Source: Macrostomum lignano
Taxonomy: Eukaryota
Assembly: GCA_002269645.1 (NCBI GenBank)
Contig: NIVC01004033.1
Span: forward strand, 1-63,640
DNA length: 63,640 bases
Direction of reading: 5' to 3'
Shown here: piece after piece, positions 1 through 15,193 of the stretch
Layout: every line of letters begins with the position of its first letter
Position numbering within the stretch: position 1 is the stretch's first letter
Position numbers and translations under genes: made by a program
The notes under the pieces: model-generated
Databases searched by the model: none
Told to the model about the DNA's origin: nothing
The model's input: only the letters and a program-made list of their open reading frames with translations

Positions 1-3000
1 TTCTGCTTGAACAGCAGCCGCCTGTCCGGGAACCGGGAGTCCGGCCCGCCGCCCAGCTGAAGGGCCACCCGAGCGAGCTGGCGGCTGCTGCTGCTGTTGC
101 TGGTCTTCGGGCAGCGAGTAAGCACCGTAGCGAACTGACAGAGTCTGCTGGGCCTTCGGCGCCCCGGACTGAGCGGCCGGCTCCGACATGACGTACTCCA
201 GCACCAGCACCACGGCAATGCCGGCCCGGGCGGCAGCTCCACCTGGGAGGGGGCGGATAGCGCGGTGAATGGCGAATGAGCAGGGCGGATGGAGCGGATG
301 AGCAGGGCGGATGGAGCGAGTGAGCAGGGCGGATGGAGCGGATGAGCAGGGCGGATGGAGCGGGAGAGCAGGGCGGATGGAGCGGATGAGCAGGGCGGAT
401 GGAGCGGGTGAGCAGGGCGGATGGAGCGGATGAGCAGGGCGGATGGAGCGGTGAGCAGGGCGGATGGAGCGGATGAGCAGGCGGATGGAGCGGGTGAGCA
501 GGGCGGATGGAGCGGATGAGCAGGGCGGATGGAGCGGGTGAGCAGGGCTGGACACAGGGCGGATGCATATAGCGGATGAGCGATGCCGCACCTGCACGGG
601 GTTCTTGGCCACCAGGACACCGCGCTCCAGCAGGGTGCTCATCTTGCGGCTGACAGCGAGCGTCGATGCGTCGTGGGCGTCGGGGCCGCAGCAGCCGCCG
701 AGTCCGAGCCTCCTGCGCAGGCACCAGGCCGATGCTGACCTCGTGGTCCAAATACTCCCAGCCGTTGTGGACGCCGACCTTCAGGCGACGCTCGGAGATC
801 TCCAGCGGCCGGCAGGAGGGATCCAGGACTCGCCGATCGTCGGTGAGAAGCCGCTTGAGCTCCTCCTCGAATGACAGCAGCGAGGGCGATACTGTGATGA
901 CCAGGTCTTCGAAGGTGTACTTCTGGCGCGGAGCCAGCTGCGGCTTGCGCAAGGGCTCTGTTGATGGGGTAAGGTAGCAGAGGTGCACTGGGATTGAGCC
1001 AATTTGCAAAGATTCTTCAATAAACAGTACAGGGTATTACCTGAGATGTAATAATTAAACCATAGTCAACGAAACGGGACTCACCAGCCCCGGGCACGAG
1101 TCCAGGTACGGGTTCGCGTCCGCCAACGATGGCGTTCTCTGGGAACGCGTCGGTGCAGGCCTCCAGAGAGGGGTGCCGGAACAGCTGGTAGCTCACGGAG
1201 CCAACAATGCGGCACTGGCCCAGACCTGAGGATCGGATGAGCTGCGATTGCCACGCCCCTCCGACGCCAACCCGCCCCCGACACCAATCCGCCCCCCCCC
1301 ACCCGACACCAATCCACCCCCCCCCGACACCAATCCTCCACCCTTCGACGCCAACCCCCCCCCGACACCAATCCGCCCCCCGACACCAATCCGCCCCTCC
1401 AACACCAATCGCCACCCTTCGACGCCAACCCGCTCCCCCGACACCAATCCGCCACCCTTCGACGCCAATCCGCCCCCCCGACACCAATCCGCCCCCCCGA
1501 CACCAACCCGCCCCCTCGACACCAATCCGCCCCTCCAACACCAATCCGCCACCCTTCGACGCCAACCCGCCCCCCCCTCGACACCAATCCCCCCCCGACA
1601 CCAACCCGCACCCTCGACACCAACCGCCCCCCCCCCGACACCAACCCGTCCCCCCCGACACCAATCCGCCCGTCCGATGCCAATCCGCCCCTCCAACACC
1701 AACCCGCCCCCCCCCGACACCAACCCGTCCCCCCCGACACCAATCCACCCCTCCGACACCAATCCGCCCCCCCCGACACCAATCCACCCCCCGACACCAA
1801 CCCGCACCCTCGACACCAACCCGCCCCCCCCCGACACCAACCCGTCCCCCCGACACCAATCCACCCCTCCGACACCAATCCGCCCCCCGACACCAATCCA
1901 CCCCCCGACACCAATCCGCCCGTCCGATGCAATCCGCCCCAACACCAACCCGCCCCCCCCGACACCAACCCGTCCCCCGACACCAATCCACCCTCCGACA
2001 CCAATCCGCCCCCCCCCCCCGACACCAATCCACCCCCCGACACCAATCCGCCCGTCCGATGCCAATCCGCCCCTCCGACACCAATCCGCCCCTCCGACAC
2101 CAATCCGCCCCTCCGACACCAATCCGCCCCTTACCGTCCTCCTTCATGCTAACGAAGCTACGACAGGAGCCTGCATACAGGCCGGCCTCCGTGGGCGTCG
2201 CCGCCTGCTGCTGCACCTTCTTCCTGAAATCCGGGAGCTGCCTGTACAGAGCCGCCGAAAACACTTTCAGCTGGCACCAGCCGCAGGAGAATCGACTTCC
2301 GGGTGCCATGTGTCCTACAACCTCCAGCAGCAGGCAGCCTGACTCATTGTTGCCCACCAGAGGCGACATGAAATACACGCTCTCGGGATATGCCAGTTTC
2401 AACTGGCTGCCATCCAGTGTGCCGTCCAGGGTCGGACCAGACCAGGCCCGGCCGAAGAATCTCTGATTGTAGCTATCGTACATGAACAGGTTTGCCTGGC
2501 ATTTCAACTGCCTCGCGCCCGCAATCTGAGCAGCATTAAAATAAAAGAATAATTTAGAAAAGGATGCTATACTAACAAAAAACTTGACTTAAGAATGTTT
2601 CTAAACAATAAATTGTACATTCTTCCTGAAAAATGTCATTATATCCAGTATTATAAAATTCTCATACTTTTTTCTGTAAATTTTTTTAAGTTCAATTTTA
2701 ATGCTCATGGGTTTTGCTTATTATGTGGTGTGGTGAATATTAGAAAAAACTACTGGTGCATCATAGATGGATAATGCTTGTTCTTATGATATTTCTGATA
2801 GTTTCCGGCGAACATATATTTTGTTTTTTGGCACGATTTCGACAAAAGACTGCTTTTGTGTTAGTCTCATTTGTCTTTTATGCATTATTTTGTATTTTGT
2901 TGAATTATTTTATTATTATTTGTATTTATTTACTAATAGCATTTACTAAAAAGTAAAAATGATAGAAAATAGAATTTGTGGTCTTAAAGGAAGACTTAAA

Positions 3001-3233
3001 AATTTTTGCATAGAAATGTCAGTAAAAATCAATTTAAAACATTTTCGTAAACTAAAATCAGACACACTCTCTTTGTATTCACTCACCTTAGCCTTTACTG
3101 CATCATTTAAAGTTACTTTAATGTTTTGAAATCGAATAGCGTAACCTCGGAGATTCTGATTATCTTGCGCAATATTTTGTTCACTTGGGGGGACATTATA
3201 GTTCAGTTTTACTATATCTTCCCACTTTGTCAT
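1..3233 (-). CDS. NPHP4: Nephrocystin-4, N-terminal part (exons 3087-3233, 2135-2525, 1085-1225, 592-957, 1-242+; continues past the left edge; apparent frameshifts in 60-730)
   Basis: Spliced peptides match remembered NPHP4 segments in order: MTKWEDIVKLNYNVPP (cf. MNDWHRIFTQNVLVPP), YDSYNQRFFGRAW, YQLFRHPSLEACTDAFPENAIVGGREPVPGL, EPLRKPQL..SFEEEL..LEISERRLKVGVHNG, GIAVVLVLEYVM, VALQLGGG. GT-AG junctions are in matching phases for exons 1-4. Confidence 0.9.
280..575. repeat. ~22-bp minisatellite (gagcagggcggatggagcggat) filling an NPHP4 intron
   Basis: Direct tandem copies visible between exon ends 242 and 592. Confidence 0.95.
1240..2130. repeat. C-rich ~17-20-bp minisatellite (ccgacaccaatccgcccc) filling an NPHP4 intron
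   Basis: About 45-50 degenerate tandem copies; explains the overlapping low-complexity ORFs 1017-2507. Confidence 0.95.
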
Positions 3234-4018
3234 TTTGATGCCGTTTTTGGCGCTTCTCAACTGTGATTTTCGCGCCAAGTAGCATCGCCAAAAATGCTAT
3301 CCCGTAGCAAATTTAAATTCTTGGATTCCAGTATAAATATTGACTTAATAAAACAAAAAATATCTTTGTGAAATTTTAGCGCATGATTCTTTAGAAAGGC
3401 GCTAATCTTATTAGTAGCATTTATATTCTACGTTTTAATTTTAATTCTAGTATTTAAAATTTAGACGTAACTTGGACTTTTCGTAAAGAATAGTATATAG
3501 TTAAGCACCAAAATTAACTTTCAGGATCACCTAAAATATCTTATACCTAAATAATATTAGTAGGTAGCCAACTGAAATATTAGCTAAATGCATTATTCGG
3601 GTATTTATGGTCGAAAGCAGCTCAATTAAGTTTTTCTAATATAAGGCTTGATTTAGAATTGCAGATTTATGTGCAAATTTTACTTCTACATGTATTTATT
3701 TAAATGAAAGAGACTTTTTGCGCAAGATGGTGCAGTCAGGTTTTCTGAAAGAATTTTGAATTTCAATAGGGAATCAGACACTATATGTTCACCCTTAGCT
3801 GCGCCAACGGTTGAGAGATCTAAAATTACATGTAAAGATATTTACATGCAGATCGGAAGTTGAGGTTGCGCATTTTTCTGAAAACATCCTCTTTATGGTG
3901 TACCATTTTGATCTTTGAGCGCATTATTAGTAGTATATAAACTGTACTTGCTAATAATGTATTGTATACTTTTAATATTTGAATTTGTGCAGTTTACTCG
4001 TACTTGGATTGTACAGTA

Positions 4019-7376
<3,358 letters not shown>

Positions 7377-8249
7377 TGGATGTACAGTACATGTAAATGT
7401 ATGTGCAACATTTGCATAGACGAAAATGTAACTCTGCACATACATGTAAGTGCATGCAGTAAAGTTTTGTGTTATATTTACATTTTGTAGTCCTTTTAGC
7501 CATAGAATATTTTCGCGTGGAATGTCAAAAGTAATTCGCGCAGCAACAATAAATGCAATATTAATTTTTTTCAATAGCTTTCTTATATTTTTTGCGGAAA
7601 ATTTGAACTAAAACAAAGAAAAAAACATGTCAACGCATCTTGTCTTTCTGTTTTTTGCTACTTGTCTCTTCACGCTGAATTCGCTTGGCAACTGTTGCAA
7701 GAAAAGTGAGTCTTTTATTCTTGAAGGCTTTATACTCGTATTTCGCTATTAAAAGCGATCGTGTACTTTCCGGTTGCGGCAATCTTTCGTTCGGAATCGA
7801 AGTACATGTAGTATCGTACATGTATAGGCGTACTCGTACATATGTTGTAATTTTTAATTACATGTAATTAACAAATTCATTATCGAGAGCTACAATGCAC
7901 CCAGTATTTCTAGAAACGCTAGTCGTTTTTCAGATGCAGACAAGAAATTGATCTGCGTCTTGCATTGTTAAAACTTTTGAGGTGCTCCTTCTGAAAAATT
8001 AGTAGGCGATGACTTAGAGCAAGCTCAGCGATTTAACGAAACAACCCTCGAGTCGACTCCATGTGGATAATTGTCCCGGAGTTGTCCTGCGATCCGCACC
8101 CATGAGGGACAACCCCGAAGGCGCAGACAGTGTACATGCCTGAGGATTAGACAGTCAGGGCTGCTGTTCACTCCGTGTGAGCGTGTGTATGAATGCGTGC
8201 CTGCATACAGTATTATAGCGCGCTTGTACGTGTTTAGGGAGTCAGCGGA

Positions 8250-8722
8250 ATGAGCAGAATTGCTCTATTGCTGGTTGTGTGACCTTGTCGCCGAAGGCGT
8301 TGCGGCAGTGCGCCCGCAGCCCTCCCCCTCCCCAATTATCACTATTATATTATTAAGGAGTCTCGCACTAAGTCCACGCGCGGTCTTTTACAACCGAACC
8401 GGCAGGCGACGAAGACAGAGAAAAGAACTACAAGTTCACCTACAAAGGCTGCTACATCGACCGAGAGGACGATCGCGACTTGGAAAAATTCCTCGGCGCG
8501 TCGCGCATGATGAGCCGGCGCGAGTGCACGGAGCGGTGCAAGCCGGAGAAGACGGCCTACATCGGCCTGCAGGCGGGGGACAGCTGCTACTGCGGCAACA
8601 ACTACGGCAAGCACGGCAAGGCCGACGATTCCTATTGCTTCACCACCTGCAAGGGCCACCCAGGAGAGTTCTGCGGTGGCAAGCCCTACAATTCCGTGTA
8701 CACTCTGGGCAAGGAAGTGTAA
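8250..8722 (+). CDS. Small secreted single-WSC-domain protein (two exons; lesion in the signal-peptide exon)
   Basis: Exon 2 from 8406: NYKFTYKGCYID..ECTERC..YIGLQAGDSCYCGNNYGKHG..CFTTCKGHPGEFCGG..NSVY, the WSC cysteine pattern. Exon 1 MSRIALLLVV..LVAEGVAA is signal-like but has an in-frame TGA or indels near 8280. Confidence 0.8.
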
Positions 8723-9299
8723 TTAAAAACGATAATTTAATTTTTTATGGACACGTCTTTTTTCATAACCATAGCGATAGGAAAGTTTTTAAACAGGAAA
8801 AATACACACTACTGAGGGCTTTGCCAACCAGTATTTTTGTTTTTACAGTTAGAACTATATTTGCTTAGAATTTGCAAAGTCGTAACCAGTTCTTAACTTT
8901 CTGACTTCACTCTTTAATAACCTGGTTAAATGATGCTAGACAGACAGGCAGGCAGAAAGGCAGGCTTCCGACTCGAACGCTGTAGTCTAGGCTAGGCTAG
9001 GGTCTCCGTATTTGACTCAACAAGATCTCGCTGTACATGCAGCTCTCGACTTCCCAAATTGGGATGCATGTGTGAATTGAAATTGAGATGGAGGTTTCTA
9101 GGCTGGACTCTACTACAGATGCTTTGCAAGTGGATTCTTATCAGCGTCGACCTAAACTGACTTGACACTAAGCTTTCAAACTAGGCTTATAGAGTTCATT
9201 CTAAGTAATTTCTTTATTTGGTATATAGAATGATTAGAGATTTAGTATAGGTAGATTGGGATCGTTAACAGTATAGATCTTTGTAGTTCCTGATTTCCG

Positions 9300-9405
9300 C
9301 AAGAAAACCTTGGCTGGCAAACCTCGGCAATTCGGCAAGCAAAATTTTTGCAAGCAAAATTCGGCAAGCAAAGTTCGGCAAGCAAACTTCCCGCAAGCAA
9401 ATTTC
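9300..9405. repeat. Short degenerate tandem repeat (ggcaagcaaa-type)
   Basis: Repeated ggcaagcaaa units. Confidence 0.7.
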
Positions 9406-9431
9406 ATAGACCCACTGGAACAATTTGCGTG

Positions 9432-9655
9432 CTTGAGCAAGATACTTAACTCTGCATTGCTTCAGTTCACCCAGCTTTAGAATGGGTGCCAGCTTAGCTT
9501 TGGTAACTGAGGGTGCGTGTGGCGACCCCCAGCAAGGACTACTTAAGAACACCTGTGTTCTTAAGTAGTCCTTGCCCCCCAGTCCTTGGACTGAACAGCC
9601 TTCAGATGCGCCGCGCAATAGCTGCGGCTGAGCTGTCGGTTACACATCTGGGCCA
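9432..9655 (+). mobile_element. SINE-like body fragment (cttgagcaagatacttaac central domain) containing a 44-bp palindrome
   Basis: cttgagcaagatacttaactctgcattgcttcagttcacccagc..aatgggtgcc resembles conserved central domains of invertebrate SINEs; no head seen. Confidence 0.5.
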
Positions 9656-10153
9656 ATTGGCTATTATTTTATATTATCATATAGGATGAATATTGTATGC
9701 ATGAGTTTCGAGCCAATCACGAGATGATGATCGGAAGGGAGCAGCTTGATTATTGGCTAATTTATAATACCAACAGCCCTAATAAAAATCGTATTCAACT
9801 CCTGCCCCGTGCTCAGTGCTGCTGAAAGCAAAGCCAAATAATTTTCTGCCAGAAGTTGGATTTATTTGCTTGTCCAGAGTCGCGGCGTTGCTATTAGCAA
9901 CGTGCATGCTATATGCAGTGTTTGACAGTGCACTGCGACTGCACTGTACAGCTCAGCTATTCAAAGCATATCTCTCTAATTAAATTTACCTTTGCCTCCG
10001 GACGCAGAAAGGTTTGAGCAAGGTTCGGGGATAAAAGTCGCCTGAGCAAATAAAATGCAGTCCTGTCTGTCCTACCCATTTATTAACACTGGACCTGGCG
10101 GTTCAGGTGACTAGCAGTGATTCCCAAGCTGGACACAATCGGAAAAGTGCAGA

Positions 10154-12280
10154 ATGCGCTCCCAATGCTTGGTCGAACCGCTTCCAGATCTGAAGGGCTC
10201 CTTCGATTCGGCTTTGTCCCGCGATATTGCCGACTGCGTTGAAGGCCATGACTTGCTGAAGCTTCTGCAACTGCTAGCCGAAAACGGGCTGGCCTCGGCC
10301 GACCTGGGGCGTCGGTTCACATTCGACTTGGACGACGAAGATCGTAATCAGAAGGAGCAGAAACGGCTGCAAAAAAAGAAAGGCTGTTGCAGCAGTTCAG
10401 ACAAGCCGGCTAATCCGCACAAGGGCGAAGACTTCAGGACCATCGCCCACATGAGCCTGTACTATCAATCGGCCGAAATCTTCCAGCACGTAGCTGCATG
10501 CGAGCCTTCACTGCTGCTGGCTGAAGACACCGACGGTAGCAACCTGCTGCACTCGCTGGCAAAGGCGCGGGTGCTCATTGGCACCTATAGCGGTCGCTCT
10601 GCTGGCGGCGGCGCGTCTGTCGATCCGCTAGGTCGGTTCGATGAGTTCGAGTTGCAAGTGATCAAGCTGCTGGCTGAGACCCCTGATCCGATGGCTACCA
10701 GTGCGACAAGTTTTGAGTGAGTATTAGCAAAATACCATGCATTCTCTTCTTAATTCCCCTGATGGAGACATCATTTCCTCGATTTCAGTGCCGTAGATTC
10801 AAGCAGCGGGACCAATTGCCTTCTGACGCTGTGCCGAGCGGAAAATGCTCAGCGCCTTCGTCCGCTCGAGTTTGCCATGAACATCGGCGCCTACGCGACT
10901 TTCAACCGACTGGCTGAGATCGACGGCTACCTGGTGACGCAGCGCAGCCACCGCGGTGCTAACCTGCACGTGACGTACGACCTGACCGAGTACGACCTGG
11001 TCTGCGGGGGTCGCCGAGACCGGAGCCCCCTGCTCATGCTGACTCTATTGCCCACTAGTCGAGTCGACGCGCTCGTCAAATCCGGTCTCACTGAAAAGCC
11101 GTTGCTGCGGCAGTGGGGGCGGCGGGCAAGACGCGACCTCCTACCGCTAAACACCGCCCGCACTGTCCTGTTTGCCATCCTGACGCTGCTAGTGAGCCCG
11201 CTGACGCCATTCTTCCCATTCATCGCCACGATGGTGCAGTACGGCTCCGAGGTGCACGACGGGTTCTACGCCTACGCTGGGTATGTAAACAGCACCCTGC
11301 TAAACAAAACGGGAAATGACAGTGGCGTTGACAGCGAAATCTTAAAAGACTTCTGCCGGGGTCAATACGTGTTGGACTTCTTGCGCGATCCCAATTACAA
11401 GGGTTTGGAGGTCGTGAAGACGTCACCAATCTTTTGGTTCCAAACTTTGACAAGAGCCGACCTCGTGAATCAGGGGCCCAATAACAGGATTATTGTAGGC
11501 GTGCTGCTGGTCTTGCAGCTAGCCGCCATCTTCTTTAGCAGCCTGGAGGCAATGCGGTTCAATGGACAGACCTGGTTGCAGAAGCACACAGGCGACAGCT
11601 ACGTTCAATGTCGCTTCTATCAGTTTGCCTACAACCTGGCCTTTCTATGCGGCATATTGCACCTGGCCTTCACACTGCCTGTCGATAGTCAATTGGACTG
11701 CACTGCTTGGCTCACGATGAATTCACCGAACCTGACGCTCTGGTGGTTCACCACGATCTCCGAGACCGCTGCCGTCCTGTACATCTACTTCTCTATGGTG
11801 TCACTGATGGAGGCCTTTGAGATGATCGGCGAACGAGTCGCCTTCCTCAACATCTGCTTCCGGAAGATGTGCTCCAGATTCCTGAGAGTTCTACCGCTAT
11901 TCTTCATCTGGGCCTACATTGTGTTCGGCACGGTCATGTACATGGTTGACTTCGAGAATTCAGAGTTCAAGTCGGCGGCTTATGTGTACTATTCGCCGCT
12001 GCGAATACTGCTCAACATGGCCAACCTGCCGGCCAGGCCCTCCACCGCCATCCTGCACACCCTGTTCGTGCTGGTTGTGTCAATCAACATCACCAACTTC
12101 CTCATTGCTATTGTGTCCAACGAGTTTGACGTGGCTGACCGGCACTTCCGCCTGCTGTACAGCCTCACGAAGCTCAACTACCTTCTGCTTACCTGGCGTC
12201 GCTATGGCAGCTTGCTCCGACTGACCCACCGCGGGCCAAGGAAGCTGGTGATTGACACGGTGAGGCTGCAGCTGGATTGA
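10154..12280 (+). CDS. Divergent TRPV-like cation channel (exons 10154-10716, 10789-12280; start tentative)
   Basis: Ankyrin-like SNLLHSL and QRLRPLEFAMNIG, TRPV motif YDLTEYD, six hydrophobic segments, S6 INITNFLIAIVSNEF. The 72-nt GT-AG intron joins the two ORFs in phase (GA|T). Confidence 0.8.
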
Positions 12281-13068
12281 ATTTGGACGAGTCGGTTGAC
12301 CACATTGCAAAGTGTACAGTGGCTATCTTGCGTGTAGAAAGCTTTTTCTCTGACAATATTGCTCACATAATTTTTGCTAATCCATGAACTATATGTTTTT
12401 CTATCATATCTATTTATAGCTATCCTACTTTTATTAATGATTACAAGCTATCCTGCATGATTTCGTTTATTCGAATCCATTGATATTATTCATAATGTGC
12501 TTAGGAACCGACTCTCGAAATGTGAAAAACTCAAGTAAATAAATACCGTATGCTGCAATATTATTGCAGTCTTAATTTGTAGCAGCAACATCGGCTACTA
12601 CGAGTGTATGTGCTTAAAAGTAGAAAATGATTTTCTTGGCGTGAATATTAACAAAAACATTTCTTGCGCTTAAATCACGTTTTTCTCTCTGCAACGCAAA
12701 GTCCATCTGCATTGATATTTGACAGAAAATGTAGACTTCACAAAAGCTTTTAGCACCCATACATTGAAGACAATATGGCAAAATACTTTAGTGACCTGCG
12801 CTCGGATATGTATATACTTTAATGTTATAATCTAGAAAATACTTCAATGTGCCGAACGCTTCTTGAAGAACGTTACAGTCAGAAATAATGTGAAATGAAT
12901 ACATTCAGATGAGTAGTATGGACGGCTGTACTTCAACACTTACGAGTATTTCAGCAGGTACGAGTAGGAAGACGATCTGAACCCACAGGGAAAATAATCT
13001 CAGTCATTAAGGTTTGCCACAAGGCAGGCGGCTCTCACACTCCATGCTGCCGAAGGCTCCAGCGAGTG

Positions 13069-14221
13069 CTAAGAGAAGCTGCCGAAGGTCATTTCGTCGC
13101 TGGAGACCGAAATCTGCCGCTCGCTGTCGTCGTCGAAGACCTTACTGACTCCGCGGCCGTCCGGGCCGAGGCCCGAGCTGGCGTAGAACTGGGGAAACTT
13201 GTCGTCGAACATCCGGCAGCATTTCTCCAGGCTGTGCAGGTCCGGCGCCCTGACGGTGATCCGGCGGAGGGCGACGGAGGCGGCGGCTGTGCGGATTGGC
13301 TGCGGGTCCAGCAGGATCTCCGAGTCGCAGGCGCGGGCGATGGCCTCGACGCGCCGGTCGGAGGCGTGGCAGAAGGCGCGCATGTTGGCGCGGGTCTCCG
13401 GCACCCGGAAGCTGTACTGGTAGATCGGCTGCAGCGGCGTGCTGGCCGAGGCCGCCAGGGTGGCGGCGCCCTCGTCGTAAAGCGCCATCGACGCCAAGGT
13501 CGATCTGTCGGTGTCACCGTCCGCTACGTCGCCGAATTCGTCGGCGCTGAGGCAGCGTCGCCGGCTGTTGCACTGCTTGCGCTCTGTTGGAGACGGGGCG
13601 ATGCGGCAGGAGGAGGCTGCAATGCAGAGAAGAGTTGCGAATCCGGCATTGGCCTGAGCACGCGGAACTTGGCTTTGCACTGCTGACATTCATACCCAGG
13701 ATAGTGAGGACAAGATTAGGGTGAATTAAGGCGTACAAAAACCCCAATTGGTTCACCCTAAACTATTTAAACCAGTTGCAAGTACCGTCCATCCTTGTGC
13801 GCACATCCGGGTCCTGCGGTCCGCTGGTCTGCCCAGCCATTTCGTGCAGCGGACTCGAAGGCTCCACCGCAACAGTGGCGTCGCCGCCACCGACTGCCTC
13901 CTTCCAGCTGCGCTGGCTCGGCTGCCAGACCGTCTCGCCGTGTCTCGCATCGTCTCGACTGCTGAGGCGCAGGGCTCGGAGTCGCTGAGGATTCACCAGC
14001 GGCTTCAGGGCTGGCAACTCCGACCATCGGGCCTCGGACTCGGGCACGGAGCAGCTGGTGCTTTGGCCACAGCTGTGCGAGCAGCTGCTTCCTGAGCTGA
14101 CACTGCTGGTGCGACTTTTGGGTCGGGGCAGCGAGGCCGGCTCCGCTTCCTGGGGCTTTGTGCCGACACTGCCTGTGGCGTTGGCTGCGACTGAGCTCTT
14201 TGTTCTGCTGGATGGATTCAT
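13069..14221 (-). CDS. Uncharacterised two-exon protein with C-terminal KH-like motif (exons 13786-14221, 13069-13682)
   Basis: GC-rich ORFs joined in phase by a GT-AG intron (NAGNAG acceptor). YQYSFRVP..RRVEAIARACDSEILL..RRITVRAPDLHSLEKC has a KH-like beta-alpha-alpha-beta-beta-alpha pattern but lacks GxxG. Confidence 0.65.
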
Positions 14222-14627
14222 CTTTGTGCTACAAAAACTTTCTTTTCGAGTCTATTAAAAACTATATGGTTAAAAATTAGGTATCATATGCTTATTGCAA
14301 ATCCTTTAATAGAGACTTACAATTTCTACAGCTTATAGAACTTTAAGTCTCGGATCTTCCAGTTTACAACTCCCGTGCCCAACTGAACCATAGAATACGA
14401 GTACAAAGCCAACTTCTCTATTTCGAGAAACATGAAGATCCTCAGATAATAAAGAAGTGTGGCACAATGCAGTAATTTCTGGATTCTCTTGTTCATGCTA
14501 ATCAGCAGTAGGAATATAAAGCCATTTTCCGCCCGTCGAACTACCAAACAACCCCCCCCCCCGAAAAGTTTTGCTGCGCGGAAGCGAAACAGCCGCGCAG
14601 GCGCACGAAATTCAAGAACACGGACTA

Positions 14628-15193
14628 GCGGGTCGCTATCATAAACCCGAAAAATCACAACTCCGAAAGCGCTTTCCATCATAAACCCAAAATATCATAA
14701 ACCCGAAATATCACGACTCCGAAAGCGCTTTCCATCATAAACCCAAAATATCATAAACCCGAAATATCACAAACCCGAAATATCACAAACCCGAAATATC
14801 ATAACTCCAAAAAACAAAATAGCAACACCCATCATAAACCCGAAATATCATAAACCCGAAAAATCACATCTCGGAAAACCAAAAGATGGCAAAATAGCAT
14901 TGCCCATCATAAACCCGAAAAATCACAACTCCGAAAACCAAAATAGTGTTATACGTTGCTAGAACTTTCGGAGTTATGATATTTCGGGTTTGTGATATTT
15001 CGGGTTTACATGTATGATGGGCAATGCTATTTTTGTTTTCGGAGTTGTGATTTTTCGGGTTTATGATAGTTCGGGTTTATGATGTGTGTTGCTATTAATT
15101 TCGGAGTTATGATATTTCGGGTTTGTGATATTTCGGGTTTATGATCGAAAGCGCTTTTCGGAGTTGTGATTTTTCGGGTTTGTGATGCCCCCG
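14628..15193. mobile_element. Foldback/MITE-like element whose long inverted arms are built from ~15-bp tandem units (tcataaacccgaaata)
   Basis: 14628-14940 is mirrored by 14960-15193; ends cgggtcgctatcataaacccg / cgggtttgtgatgcccccg. No TSD found. Confidence 0.8.

Noticed and set aside
1017-2507. Several long ORFs on both strands (Gly/Trp/Cys- or Pro/Thr-rich)
   Set aside because: Products of a stop-free intronic minisatellite; only the NPHP4 exon portions are real.
3700-3900. Possible degenerate copy of NPHP4 exon 1
   Set aside because: Similarity is limited to ~25 nt (gctaagg..gtgtctgatt).
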